A DNA stretch of 64,000 nucleotides from Candidatus Binatia bacterium (GCA_038245295.1 JBBRSP010000032.1:1-64000), one strand, 5' to 3'. Shown: positions 27,012 through 37,363, numbered from the stretch's first letter. The notes: a model not told the origin generated them from the sequence alone. A program made the numbers and translations.

Positions 27012-27965
27012 TTACTCCGGTGGCAGAGGCTTGCCGCGTCCGGCGGCTTTGGCGCGTCGTAGCACTTCCAGGCCGAGCGAAACATCGGCGAGGCCGGTGC
27101 CCATTGCTTTGAACAAAGTTAGGTCGGCGCCGGCTGGTCGCGTCCAATTCTCCGCGACCAACTGGTGTAACGGCACAACTCGCTTCCACGAGTCGGGCGT
27201 CGTGAAGTGGGCGCGAAACTCGGCCGAAAGCTTCTGTGTCGCAGCCACCGAGTCGGCGCTGACGGTGGTGCAGCGTTCCAGAATATCGCTGGTGAACTCC
27301 TGTCTTTCCGGTGTGATGGCGCCGATGGCGTTGATGTGAGTCCCGGGCCCCAGCATGGCGGCATGCAGGAACGGCTGACGCGCGCGCGTTGCCAGGGTGA
27401 CGATGGTAGCGCCGACGAGAGCTTCCTCCAGTGAAGCGCTGTCGATGACGTCGATCGGCAACGTCGCGGCGATCTTGTCACGCAACGCGGCGCGGTGATT
27501 GGCGGTCGGGCTGAAGACGTGGACTCGTTTGAGGGGGCGAACGACGGCGGTGGCCTCGACTTGTGGCAGCGCCTGCTTACCGGTGCCGATGATTGCCATC
27601 ACCGTGGCGTCATCGGCAGCCAGGCGCTGCGTCGCGACGGCAGAAATGCCGGATGTGCGCATCTGGCCTAAACGGAAGGCCTCGATGATCGCCAACAACG
27701 TGCCGCAGTCACTGTCGAAGAGGATCAAGAGGGGAGATGCGCCGCCGCCGGTATGAGCCCAGGTCTTGGTCCCGGCGACGTGTTCTCCTGGCACCGTCGC
27801 ACCGATCGCGTGTAGCGTATGGCTGGCGCCATAGGTGACATGGGTCTTCACCATATTTTCGGCTGCGCCGCTCGCTTCGAGGCGCAGCCCACGTTCGAGT
27901 GCGGCGATGGCACTCGGCAGATCGAGTAATAACTCGACGTCGCTTTCGGTGAGCCATAAGGCCAT
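27012..27965 (-). CDS. Ornithine cyclodeaminase / mu-crystallin family protein
   Basis: LGQMRTSG, IIGTGKQA, HINAIG, FKAMGTGLAD. Confidence 0.9.
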   Translation of the reverse strand: MALWLTESDVELLLDLPSAIAALERGLRLEASGAAENMVKTHVTYGASHTLHAIGATVPGEHVAGTKTWAHTGGGASPLLILFDSDCGTLLAIIEAFRLGQMRTSGISAVATQRLAADDATVMAIIGTGKQALPQVEATAVVRPLKRVHVFSPTANHRAALRDKIAATLPIDVIDSASLEEALVGATIVTLATRARQPFLHAAMLGPGTHINAIGAITPERQEFTSDILERCTTVSADSVAATQKLSAEFRAHFTTPDSWKRVVPLHQLVAENWTRPAGADLTLFKAMGTGLADVSLGLEVLRRAKAAGRGKPLPPE

Positions 27966-28080
27966 ACGATCATTCCATCTCGCGAAGGACGAGCGATGTC
28001 CAGTAGAGCCCGGGTACGCTACCGCGAGCATCCTTCTGCCCTCGGCGGGCCCCCGCCTGAATGAATTCGCCGCGCGGACC

Positions 28081-28884
28081 CTATCCGGCGGCCGCTTCCA
28101 GCGGCGCAAAGGCACGCCGCATCTCGTCGTGAATCCGGCCGTTCGATGCGAGGGTATGCTCGCCGAACAAATCAAAGGCAGCGCCGTGGAAGTTGCTCAA
28201 CCGCCCGCCTGCTTCCTCGACGATCAGCCAGCCGGCCGCTGTATCCCACGGATGTAGTCGCCACTCCCAAAACCCCTCGAAGCGCCCGCAGGCGACGTAA
28301 CAGAGATCGAGCGCGGCCGAGCCGAAACGCCGCACGTCGCGTGCTTCGCGGATGAAGGTGGCGAAGTAGGGGAGGTAGGAGTTGAGCCGCTCACGCCTGT
28401 CGTACGGGAAACCCGTGGCGAGCAGCGAGTCCTGCAATCGCTCGGTGGCCGAAACATGGATCGCGGCGCCGTTGAGCCATGCCCCCTGGCCGCGTCGCGC
28501 CGTGAAGGTCTCGTTGGCGACGGGATTGTGGACGATGGCGAACTCGACACACGTGCCACGCGCCGCGGCCAGTGAGATGGCGAAATGCGGCACGCCGTGC
28601 GCGAAGTTCACCGTTCCGTCGAGGGGGTCGAGATACCAGACCCACTCGTCTGCTGCCGGGCGCGTGAGGTGATGGCTCGCGGCGGCTTCCTCGCCGATTA
28701 CCCGATGGGTCGGGAAGGCCTGCCGCAATTTGTGGGTGACGAGCGTTTCGATCTCTCGGTCGGTTTGCGTCACCAGATCGACCGGACCTTTGAAAGCGAT
28801 TTCCTTGGCTTGCGCCCAGGCGAGTCGCATTTGCGGCGATACGTCCGCCACAATTTGCTGCGCCACGCGTGCGATGTCGTCCAT
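28081..28884 (-). CDS. suhB: Inositol monophosphatase family protein
   Basis: DLVTQTD, GEE, DPLDGTVNF, RRFGSAALDL, PWDTAAG. Confidence 0.9.
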   Translation of the reverse strand: MDDIARVAQQIVADVSPQMRLAWAQAKEIAFKGPVDLVTQTDREIETLVTHKLRQAFPTHRVIGEEAAASHHLTRPAADEWVWYLDPLDGTVNFAHGVPHFAISLAAARGTCVEFAIVHNPVANETFTARRGQGAWLNGAAIHVSATERLQDSLLATGFPYDRRERLNSYLPYFATFIREARDVRRFGSAALDLCYVACGRFEGFWEWRLHPWDTAAGWLIVEEAGGRLSNFHGAAFDLFGEHTLASNGRIHDEMRRAFAPLEAAAG

Positions 28885-28993
28885 TCCGCCGCCCTCGCAG
28901 AATGGCTTTGGGCGCGCAAGAACAGGGCTCGGCTCCCTGTGGGCCAGCAGGGCGTGACCCATTCCTGTCGTGACGCTTAGCGGGGGTCGAATC

Positions 28994-29017
28994 GGGCGGT
29001 TCTCGAACCGCCCCTAC
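28994..29017. repeat. REP-like palindrome, second class
   Basis: GGGCGGTTCTCGAACCGCCCCTAC; near-identical copy at 61107-61133. Confidence 0.75.
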
Positions 29018-29094
29018 AGCCGTTCTACGAGCTCGGGTTGGCCAAGTCGCAACCGAGATGGACAGTTGCCCGCCGACTAAAGTAGGAGAAGACC

Positions 29095-30030
29095 ATGCTG
29101 ACGAAGCCGCACAAGCTCTCCCACGAGGACATGGATCGCCTGCGTAGCGCCTGCGGTCGGCGCGACGTCGACCTGACGCGCAGCGTGTTTGGACCTGACA
29201 GCATCACCTGGCGCGTCAATCGCGAGATCGCACTGCTGGGTGGCGGCGGGTGCGCGCTGTTCTTACAGGTGGCCCACCCGTTGGTTGCCGCGGGCGTCGC
29301 ACGATTCAGCAATTTCAAAGGCGACCCGCTCAAACGGCTGTACCGCACGCTGGAACTGATGCTGACCATCACGTTCTCCGATGCCGCAAGTGCCATCGGC
29401 GCGGCGCGTGAGATCGAACGTATGCATCGACGTGTTCACGGATTACTCGACGCGGCTGTCGGTCCGTTTCCGAAGGGTACCGAGTACGATGCCAACGACC
29501 CGGACTTGCAGTTGTGGGTGCATGCGACCTTGGTCGAAACCGGGCTGCGGGTCTACGAAATGTTCATCGGCCCGCTCAGCGAAGACGAGCGTGAGCAGTA
29601 CTACGATGAGTCGAAGGTCGTCGCGCTGATTCTTGGAATTCCGGGCCTCAAGATCCCGCGCGATTGGCGGCGATTCGTGCAGTACTACCGCGACACGGTC
29701 GAGAGCGACGCACTCACGATCAGCCCCGCGGCGCGCGACATCACAACCGCGATCATGGCGCCTGATACGCCGTTCGGACTGAAGTTTGTCCTGCCACCAG
29801 TCAATGTGTTGAGCGTCGGTTTGCTGCCCGATGTGATCCGTACACGCTACGGATTATCCTGGGGCACTGTCCAGGAGGGCATTCTCCGGGCCGCAGTTCT
29901 CGCGATACAAGCCGTGATACCGCTGTTGCCCGAGATGGCGCGCTTTTTCCCGCAAGCGCGCGAGGCCGCGATTCGCGACGGGTTACATAGCGAGGCCGTT
30001 CGGAACCACACGGCCGCAGTGTCGGTCTAG
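29095..30030 (+). CDS. MpaB / DUF2236 oxygenase-family protein
   Basis: FGPDSITWRV, LQVAHPLVAAGV, YDANDPDLQLWVHATL. Confidence 0.88.
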   Translation: MLTKPHKLSHEDMDRLRSACGRRDVDLTRSVFGPDSITWRVNREIALLGGGGCALFLQVAHPLVAAGVARFSNFKGDPLKRLYRTLELMLTITFSDAASAIGAAREIERMHRRVHGLLDAAVGPFPKGTEYDANDPDLQLWVHATLVETGLRVYEMFIGPLSEDEREQYYDESKVVALILGIPGLKIPRDWRRFVQYYRDTVESDALTISPAARDITTAIMAPDTPFGLKFVLPPVNVLSVGLLPDVIRTRYGLSWGTVQEGILRAAVLAIQAVIPLLPEMARFFPQAREAAIRDGLHSEAVRNHTAAVSV

Positions 30031-30032
30031 TC

Positions 30033-31142
30033 ATGGCTGTCGATTTCGTACGCACGGGCATCATCGGCTGTGGTCGCATTTCAACGCTGCAGGCGCTTGG
30101 CTACCTCGACCATCCGCGGGCGCGCGTCCAGGCGGTCTGCGATTCGAATCTTGCCTTGGCACGACAGCGGGCCGGTGAATGGGGGTGTGAGCGGATCTAC
30201 GAGCGAGTCGACGACCTGCTGGCCGATGACACGGTGGACGCGGTTGAGATCCTCTTGCCGCATCACTTGCATCGCGACGTGGCGGTAGCGGCGCTGCGTG
30301 CCGGCAAACATGTCTCGCTGCAAAAGCCGCCGACGCTGACACTCGGCGAGTTGGCCGAGATCGATGCCGCGGCGCGCCAGACCGGGCAGGTGTTCCGCGT
30401 GTTCGAGAACTTCATGTACTACCCGCCGCATCGGCAGGCGCTCGAGTTGATCCACGGCGGCGCCATCGGTGAGCCGTTGTCGGTGCGTATCAAGACCGCC
30501 GCCGGCCGTTTTGGTGACGGTTGGGACGTACCCGGATCGGCAACCGCATGGCGCATGAACCCGGCGAGCTGCGGCGGTGGGCCGACGTGCTTCGATCACG
30601 GTTACCACTGTTACAACATGGCGCGTTTCTTCGTCGCCGAGCCGGTCGAGCGCGTGCATGCCTTCATCCATGTCAACCACTTCGGCGACAGCGCCCTCTA
30701 CGATGGACCGGCGCTCATCTCATGGAAGTATGCCGGTGTGGCCAAGTACGGCAGCTGGGAAGTGATCGCGTCGCTCGGGATGCGCGTGCGCTCGCGCTAC
30801 TACGCGTCCGACGACCGCATCGAGATCCACGGCCACGACGGCATACTCTGGATCAATCGCTGCACCGGCAAGCTGCTCGATGAGCCGTCGGTGGTACTGT
30901 ATCGCGACGGCGAAACGCGTGCCTGGCATGATCTCGCTACGGACTGGGCGGAGAGCTTTCGCTTAGGAGCACACGACTTCATCGATGCTCTTCTCGAGGG
31001 CAGGCCTGTGTCGCAAGGCTATGCCGATGCCGAAGCGACCCTGCGCTTTGCCATCGCCGCGCACGTGTCCGCGTGCGAAAAACGCGAGGTTGCTCTCTCC
31101 GAGATCGGCGCAGAAACACCGGCGCGCCTGCCTGACAATTGA
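30033..31142 (+). CDS. Gfo/Idh/MocA oxidoreductase
   Basis: GIIGCGRI, LPHHLH, AGKHVSLQKP, DHGYH. Confidence 0.88.
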   Translation: MAVDFVRTGIIGCGRISTLQALGYLDHPRARVQAVCDSNLALARQRAGEWGCERIYERVDDLLADDTVDAVEILLPHHLHRDVAVAALRAGKHVSLQKPPTLTLGELAEIDAAARQTGQVFRVFENFMYYPPHRQALELIHGGAIGEPLSVRIKTAAGRFGDGWDVPGSATAWRMNPASCGGGPTCFDHGYHCYNMARFFVAEPVERVHAFIHVNHFGDSALYDGPALISWKYAGVAKYGSWEVIASLGMRVRSRYYASDDRIEIHGHDGILWINRCTGKLLDEPSVVLYRDGETRAWHDLATDWAESFRLGAHDFIDALLEGRPVSQGYADAEATLRFAIAAHVSACEKREVALSEIGAETPARLPDN

Positions 31143-31316
31143 TACCGAGCCGTTGCTGTTTGTAAGGGAAAGAGTGTTAGGGGGCAGGGGCACGGGGGGA
31201 CCGTGCCCCTGGCACGCCGATGTGTTTATTGGGGGCAAAGCATCGGCGTGTCCCATTTTCTCTAGCGCATCTTATTTCGTTTTCCTACCCGCCCTTTTCA
31301 AAAAAGTTGGCGATTG

Positions 31317-34300
31317 TCACGGTGAACACGGCGTGCTGCACGTCATGCAGGCACCGCTCGCATCGAAGGCGCTTTGCGGGCACCACGAGACCCCCAAGGG
31401 CAAGCCGGCAGTGCTGGCCAGTTCGCAACACTTCGTCTGCAAGGTCGGGAAATAGCGACTCGCCTCACACGTCGATGAGCCGACGAAACAGACACCGTCG
31501 GCGTCGATCATCGTCGGTGGAGGAGGCGTTGTCCCGACCACGACGGACGTCGGATTGCACAAGCTGGGAAGTGAGTTGCCGCGGGGATCACTCGCCACCT
31601 GGCCGGTGCATCCAACCGGATAGCTACCGTTGGGCGCGTTGGCGGGGACGCTGACAACGCAGCTGAACATCGGCGCGCCGTCGGGGATGGGCGCGACATT
31701 GTCGAGCGCGAAGATCAGGGCACGAACCGTCGGGCATTGCCCATCCGGCGTGCACTTGTCTGCCACGAATCGGAACGCCGACTGCGGCTTCTCAATCGCG
31801 GGATTTACCTTGCACACGGGAGCCCCCGTCGTGTCACGAGTGATCTCGAGCGGAGCGACCGGTTGTAGGTCCACCTGGACCCCGGCAACCGCCAGACCAG
31901 CCGATGCCAGGTACGCTTCGATCGTTGCTGAACCACCCGCCAACGTCGTGTTGCTCACGAGGCGAATCGCGACGGCACGCATGGGGTCGATGATTGGTGT
32001 CGACGTTGGTTTAGGGGTCGGGCGCGCCGTTGGAGTTGGCTTGCTGCCATCCGGGTTAAAGACCGTCACGCCGATACGCACGACCGGATCGTAGTAGAGG
32101 TAGAAGCGACCGAAGATGGTGTAGTCGCCAGGCACCACCGTGTTGCCGCGATCGTCCTTGAGATCCCAATAAGCGCGCAACTGGTACTTGAGCGCTGCGT
32201 CGTCACGACCCGGGGCTGCGCTGGGCAGGAACGGTTCACCACAGCCTTCCTCGCGGATCGTTCGCACGCGCTCGTCGCCGCGATAGACGTACAGGTCGAG
32301 GCATGGGTCGAAGATGCCGCCGTGCGGTTGGGTTTCGGTGACAGAGTAACGCAGCGTCACCAGGCCCGGAGCCGTGTAGGTATCGCAGTCCGATTCGAGG
32401 GTGACGCGGTTGAAGTCATCCGACCATAAGGCCCGGTTGACATTCTGCGCATCGCAATAGGCGAGCTCCGATGTCTCGAAGACTTCGATCGACAGTTCGT
32501 TGCTGCGCTGCCCGTTGAGTTCGGCCCACAAGCGGACCGTGCCTGCCGCGCGCGCCGTAAGAACGCCAGGGGTGTCGAAGGAAGCAAGGTTCGCATTACT
32601 CGTCTTCCATGTCGCTGTGGGCGTTATGTCGCGACTTATGCCCACGTCGTAGGTTGCCGTTGCATGGAAGAATCGTTGGTCGGCCTTTGCCACGACACGG
32701 TCGCCGCCTTCTTGATAGATCGACAGGTTGGTGAGAGTTGCCTCGTTGACGATGCGAAGGTCAACCCGGTCGCTATTGTTCCCGGCGAGCGAAGCGGTGA
32801 CCCCGGCGCTGCCGGCCTGCTTGGCTGTGAACACGCCGGACGCGTCGATCGTGCCGATTGTTTCGTCGCTGCTGAGCCAGGTGACTTCCTTCGTCACCTC
32901 ACGCCATTCGCCGGTATCGTAGTGGGCGGTGGCGTGGAAGCTCACCATGTCGCCGCGCAGCAGGGTGAATGAGTAGCCGCAGTCAAAACAAGGACTGCTT
33001 CCATCGGAGGCAATCGGACCACCGGTGATTGCCGGATAGGCGATGTCGCCGGGGTAGATGGACAACGAGACCAAAGTCGATTCCGCGACGATGCGGATCT
33101 CAAGCTTGTCGCTGGAAACACCAGCGAGGGACGCCGTAACCCCGGCGGTTCCCGCGGCCGTCGCTGTGAACGTCCCTTTGTCGATTGTGGCGCTCGCGGC
33201 GGGGTCGACAGTCCATTCGACCTTGTCGGTTACGTTTTCATAAGAGCCATCGGCAAACTCGGCGTAGGCGCCAAACTGTAGGGTGGTTCCGAGACGGACG
33301 ACCTGACCGCAGTTGGGCCGCGGCAACAAGTCGGCCGTCGGTGCCGCGTAGTAGCAAGGCGGTAGGGACGAGGGCAGGGCGGCGCCCGGAGCACCGCTGG
33401 CGCGATCGTCAGCGAAGATCGGACCACAGAAGCAAGATTCGTTCTGGACGCTGAGCTGGCGCACGGCCGGACGATCAACGACGGCCAGGTTGGCGGAGCG
33501 ATCGGTGTCTCCAAGCTTGGCGTGGATTGCTGTGGTGCCTGTACGCAGAGCGTTGATGCGGCCCCACGAATCGACTGTCGCGATAGTGTCATCCGACGAC
33601 GACCATTGCACCAGATAGGTGACGTCCACCACGGAGCCGTCTGAGAGTTGTGCCGTTGCGAAGGCCTGCACCGTTCGTCCAACGACGAGTTGCGGCTGGA
33701 TGGCAATCGTGATGTCGGTGAGGTCGATGGGATCACAAGAGGGAAGGCACGCCGTGCGTGGACAATCGTCGCAGCCCTCGCAACTCGGCACACACACGCA
33801 GCGGTCGCCCGGCATTTTGCAAGTGGAATCCTCGGAGCAACGATATGGCCGGGTGCCCGGGGTATCGACGCAGATGCCGGGACTTTCGCAGTTATCACAG
33901 AAGGGGCACGCCGCCAGACAGGCGCACAGGTAGGCGTCGCCGCAGCCGCCGTCTCCGGCGCAGGACCATGTCGAGGTCTGACAACCGCGCGCGTCGAAGT
34001 GGCCATCGCGATCCAGATCGCTGTAGGTTGCGCGTGGGTCGCCAAGCTCCACCACCTTGCCGTTTTCGAACACAACCACAGTGGCGTAGGGCCCGTGGAT
34101 TTCGCGTATCGTATGGCCATCCTGTAAGTAGGTGATGTCGCTACGGAGTAGGCCTTGGCCAACCTCGGCGCGTACCGTGGCGCTGCCGTCGGCCCCGACC
34201 ACAAAGGGGAGGTCGATCGGCACGAGGTTGCCGCCGACCGTCTTGGTCAGACGGAGCGTGTAACGACCAGGAGCCAGGTTTTCGATGCGGAACTGGCCGT

Positions 34301-34670
34301 CTTTCCCAGTGACTCCGACCTTGGCGTTGTTCTCATCGACGATCCAGTCGGCGTTTGAAAGAGAATGTTCGAAGGAAGCCTCGTCGCCTTTTGAACCCCA
34401 ACCCGGCGGTGGCGCGCCCAGGTCGACCGCACCCTGGGCGGCGACGTCGCTGCCGACCACGACGAGTCCCGCGACGGCGTTGCTGCTCACCGTGGTCGGC
34501 GTCGCGGTCGGCCGTGACGTGGCCGTACGTGTCGGGCTCAAAGTTGCCGTTGCGACGTTTCCCGGGATCGTCAGATCCGAACCACCGCCGCCGCAACCGG
34601 CGGCGAGCGTGATCAGGATCGCGAATGTTGCGGTGGCCCATGTGTGGAGAACGGCGTGGCGTGCGGTCAT
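31317..34670 (-). CDS. Large surface lipoprotein: P/T linkers, Cys-rich segment, four Big_2-like Ig domains, cohesin-like domain
   Basis: ATG 34670 after GGAGG; lipobox LAAGC; repeated ATAxxxDG..DVT..V.W.SS...ATID..G units; C-terminal VAGVQVDL...VRALIFALDNV...FSCVVSVPANA. Confidence 0.8.
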   Translation of the reverse strand: MTARHAVLHTWATATFAILITLAAGCGGGGSDLTIPGNVATATLSPTRTATSRPTATPTTVSSNAVAGLVVVGSDVAAQGAVDLGAPPPGWGSKGDEASFEHSLSNADWIVDENNAKVGVTGKDGQFRIENLAPGRYTLRLTKTVGGNLVPIDLPFVVGADGSATVRAEVGQGLLRSDITYLQDGHTIREIHGPYATVVVFENGKVVELGDPRATYSDLDRDGHFDARGCQTSTWSCAGDGGCGDAYLCACLAACPFCDNCESPGICVDTPGTRPYRCSEDSTCKMPGDRCVCVPSCEGCDDCPRTACLPSCDPIDLTDITIAIQPQLVVGRTVQAFATAQLSDGSVVDVTYLVQWSSSDDTIATVDSWGRINALRTGTTAIHAKLGDTDRSANLAVVDRPAVRQLSVQNESCFCGPIFADDRASGAPGAALPSSLPPCYYAAPTADLLPRPNCGQVVRLGTTLQFGAYAEFADGSYENVTDKVEWTVDPAASATIDKGTFTATAAGTAGVTASLAGVSSDKLEIRIVAESTLVSLSIYPGDIAYPAITGGPIASDGSSPCFDCGYSFTLLRGDMVSFHATAHYDTGEWREVTKEVTWLSSDETIGTIDASGVFTAKQAGSAGVTASLAGNNSDRVDLRIVNEATLTNLSIYQEGGDRVVAKADQRFFHATATYDVGISRDITPTATWKTSNANLASFDTPGVLTARAAGTVRLWAELNGQRSNELSIEVFETSELAYCDAQNVNRALWSDDFNRVTLESDCDTYTAPGLVTLRYSVTETQPHGGIFDPCLDLYVYRGDERVRTIREEGCGEPFLPSAAPGRDDAALKYQLRAYWDLKDDRGNTVVPGDYTIFGRFYLYYDPVVRIGVTVFNPDGSKPTPTARPTPKPTSTPIIDPMRAVAIRLVSNTTLAGGSATIEAYLASAGLAVAGVQVDLQPVAPLEITRDTTGAPVCKVNPAIEKPQSAFRFVADKCTPDGQCPTVRALIFALDNVAPIPDGAPMFSCVVSVPANAPNGSYPVGCTGQVASDPRGNSLPSLCNPTSVVVGTTPPPPTMIDADGVCFVGSSTCEASRYFPTLQTKCCELASTAGLPLGVSWCPQSAFDASGACMTCSTPCSP

Positions 34671-34694
34671 GGCGGACCCTCCTTCAATGGTTGG

Positions 34695-34745
34695 GAAGTA
34701 AACAAAAGTTGTTTGCTTGTCAATCAAAAAGGTTTTGTGTAGGTT
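34695..34745. promoter_or_regulatory. AT-rich divergent promoter with palindromic operator candidate
   Basis: AAGTAAACAAAAGTTGTTTGCTT imperfect inverted repeat and a minus-strand TTGACA, between divergent genes. Confidence 0.5.
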
Positions 34746-34754
34746 GCGCTGCGG

Positions 34755-35564
34755 ATGGCGGCGACGACTACAACCCTCAAGCGTATCGGCGACGTGTTCT
34801 ACGAAACACGCGTGATGGCAGGCCGGCAATTCACGGTCCGGCGTTATGCCGCCGAGGTTCTCGGTGATGCCGTCGACGCGGTGATGCTCAGTTACATCGA
34901 GAAGGGCAAACGATTCCCGAGCGAGGCTTTGGTGCGACGGTTGGCCGCGGCAAGTGGCCAGGACGCGCATGATGTGCTTGCCATTCTGTGGCGCGATCGG
35001 ATGCTCTACGGATTTGCCAAGGAACTGCGCCGCCTTCTGACTGCACCGCGCGCTCTCGACGGTGTTGAGGACGCGGAGCTGGCCGTGCGCATCAGTCAAG
35101 CGATCGCGGCGTTGCCCGATGACGAGAGCTGGATCACACGCCGCGAGTGGCGTGCCGAGTTTGTCGGTGCATCGCGGCGCGCGGCACGCACGAATCCAAA
35201 GCCGGCCGATGTCGGTGACCTGGTCGAACAGACGCTGCGTGAGCGCGGCCTGATTGAAGTGCGTGGCCAGAAGGTGCGCCGCAAGGGCCGCCACTTCGTC
35301 GCCGAAGGAGTAGAGGAGCGCCAAGCGCTGGCGATCGAGTTCTGCACTTTGTTCGCCAAGGGCCTTGTCGACAAGCTGGCGCTCGCTGACCAAGACACCG
35401 GTACGTATCTGCGTAATCACTATCTCAACATCGAGACCAAGCGACTTGCCGAGTTTCAGAAGCGTCTCGACGCGGCTTTGCGTGGGTTGGCGCAGGAGTT
35501 TGCGGGCGATGCCTCGGACGACACGAAGTTCCTCAACGTGCTCGTCACGTCGACGCCCCTCTAG
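34755..35564 (+). CDS. XRE-type HTH transcriptional regulator
   Basis: VMLSYIEKGKRFPSEALVRRLA HTH signature; C-terminal domain unassigned. Confidence 0.65.
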   Translation: MAATTTTLKRIGDVFYETRVMAGRQFTVRRYAAEVLGDAVDAVMLSYIEKGKRFPSEALVRRLAAASGQDAHDVLAILWRDRMLYGFAKELRRLLTAPRALDGVEDAELAVRISQAIAALPDDESWITRREWRAEFVGASRRAARTNPKPADVGDLVEQTLRERGLIEVRGQKVRRKGRHFVAEGVEERQALAIEFCTLFAKGLVDKLALADQDTGTYLRNHYLNIETKRLAEFQKRLDAALRGLAQEFAGDASDDTKFLNVLVTSTPL

Positions 35565-35576
35565 GAGATTTGCACC

Positions 35577-36194
35577 ATGACCCTGCTCCCACTTGCTTCG
35601 ATGATCCGTCGCTGTGCCGTTGCCCTCGTGATGGCGCTGGTTGTCGCCGGTTGCGGCGGCGGTAGCGGCTCGAGCGGCTTCGATGCGGCGTTCAGTGAGA
35701 ACGGGGCAATCATGCAAGCGCTGGCCGAGTCGCACTGTGTGGCACATGCGGGATTGTCGATCTGTCCGGCCGACGTGGCCACACCACCCGGTGCTCCAGG
35801 GGCCGTGGAAACCGGACTCGATCAGGCGGGTAGCGTGGCGTGTGCGCCGTCGACCGATGGAGCTTGCAGCTTCTCCTTGCCGTTCATGCCACTGGGTTTT
35901 CCGTCGAATGCCGCCTTTCGCGTCGTCAGTCGCTCGGTGGGCCCGCTGAGGCCATGGCGCATGGGGGCGTTGCCGATGCCCAATGGCCCCCCCGATAGTG
36001 GAGACCTCGAAGTGCCGGTCAATTTCCCGGCGGCGGGTGGTGATCGTCCGGCGCCACTTCACGTACAGATCGCGGTTCTCGTTTATCTGAAACCGTTGCC
36101 GAGCAACGTGCCTTCCATGGCTGACGGCTTGGCGTCCTTCGATGCCGACTTTGCGTTTGTGACGCAGCAACTGACGGCAGGGGTGCAGCCGTAG
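35577..36194 (+). CDS. Hypothetical lipoprotein
   Basis: GGAG RBS; lipobox VVAGC followed by Gly/Ser linker. Confidence 0.7.
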   Translation: MTLLPLASMIRRCAVALVMALVVAGCGGGSGSSGFDAAFSENGAIMQALAESHCVAHAGLSICPADVATPPGAPGAVETGLDQAGSVACAPSTDGACSFSLPFMPLGFPSNAAFRVVSRSVGPLRPWRMGALPMPNGPPDSGDLEVPVNFPAAGGDRPAPLHVQIAVLVYLKPLPSNVPSMADGLASFDADFAFVTQQLTAGVQP

Positions 36195-36220
36195 GGTGAG
36201 GCAAGGCTTGGGTGTTACGC

Positions 36221-36303
36221 CGCAGGCTAAAGCCTGCGCCTACCGGGCTCAGGCGCCAACCGAAATGGTAATAAGGCAGCCTGCGGGAGCGCGGTAGGCG
36301 CAG
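36221..36303. repeat. GTAG-type REP pair between convergent genes
   Basis: CGCAGGCTAAAGCCTGCGCCTAC and inverted GTAGGCGCAG. Confidence 0.75.
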
Positions 36304-36319
36304 TCCTGCCCGCCAACTA

Positions 36320-37363
36320 CTAGGGCAGCGGCTGCTGCTGCGTCACGCAGTGGAAGGCGCCGAGACCCCAGACGAGCTCACGTGAGGAGATTCCCACAAC
36401 CCGACGGGTAGGGAAGCAATCCCGCAGCACCGCAAGCGCGGCGGCGTCTTTCGGATCGTCGAAGATCGGTACCAGCACGGCGCTGTTGCCGATGTAGAAG
36501 TTGGCGTAACTCGCCGGTAGTTGCTGGTCCTCGTAAATGACTGGTCGCGGCATCGGTAGGGTCAGTACACGCAGGGGCTGACCATCCTGGTCGGTCATGC
36601 CGCGCAATCGTTTCAAGTTGTCTTGCAGGGGCGCGTAGTTCGCATCGTTCGGGTCGTCTTCGACAACCGTCACGACCGTTGTCGGATCAACAAAGCGCGT
36701 CAGATCGTCGACGTGTCCATCCGTATCGTCCCCGACAATCCCATCTCCCAGCCACAAGACATTTCGCACTCCAAGGTGTGACGCGAGGATTGCCTCGATC
36801 TCGGCCTTCTTCAGGTGTGGGTTGCGATTCGGGTTGAGCAGGCACGCTTCCGTGGTCAGAACCGTGCCGGCACCATTCACGTCGACCGACCCACCTTCGA
36901 GGACAACGCCGGGCTCGAACAAGGGTAGGTCGAGAATCTCGGCGACACGTTGTGGAACGACGTCGTCTTGCTCCCACGGCGGATATTTCCCACCCCACGC
37001 ATTGTAGATCCAATCGATGATCGCCAGTTCCCTGCCATTGGTGACGAACATCGGGCCGTGATCACGTGCCCAGGCGTCGTTGGTCGGCACGACGTGCAGG
37101 CTGACGTGGTCGAGATTGACGCCCGCTGCGCTCAACTGGGCGCGGACATTGGACTGCATGGGCGTATTGAGGACGAGGATGTTGACGTGCTCGCCGGGCG
37201 TAAGGGCGCGTACCATTTCGACCCAGATTGCCGGAATCGGTTCGAAGTTGCCCGGCCACGAAGCTTCCTTGTGCGGCCAAGACAGCCACGTCGCCGCATG
37301 CGGAGCCCACTCGGCCGGCATGCGCCAACCCTGCGCGGCCGGTGTTCCCGTCAATCGCCGCAT
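36320..37363 (-). CDS. aguA: Agmatine deiminase
   Basis: RMPAEW, DAWARDHGP, LEGGS, DDTDGHVD, ASYANF, GLGAFHCVTQQQP. Confidence 0.95.
   Translation of the reverse strand: MRRLTGTPAAQGWRMPAEWAPHAATWLSWPHKEASWPGNFEPIPAIWVEMVRALTPGEHVNILVLNTPMQSNVRAQLSAAGVNLDHVSLHVVPTNDAWARDHGPMFVTNGRELAIIDWIYNAWGGKYPPWEQDDVVPQRVAEILDLPLFEPGVVLEGGSVDVNGAGTVLTTEACLLNPNRNPHLKKAEIEAILASHLGVRNVLWLGDGIVGDDTDGHVDDLTRFVDPTTVVTVVEDDPNDANYAPLQDNLKRLRGMTDQDGQPLRVLTLPMPRPVIYEDQQLPASYANFYIGNSAVLVPIFDDPKDAAALAVLRDCFPTRRVVGISSRELVWGLGAFHCVTQQQPLP

Noticed and set aside
34671..36170. N-terminal ~500 aa of the 1617-aa ORF
   Set aside because: Antisense to two credible plus-strand genes; the lipoprotein signal and RBS place the start at 34670.
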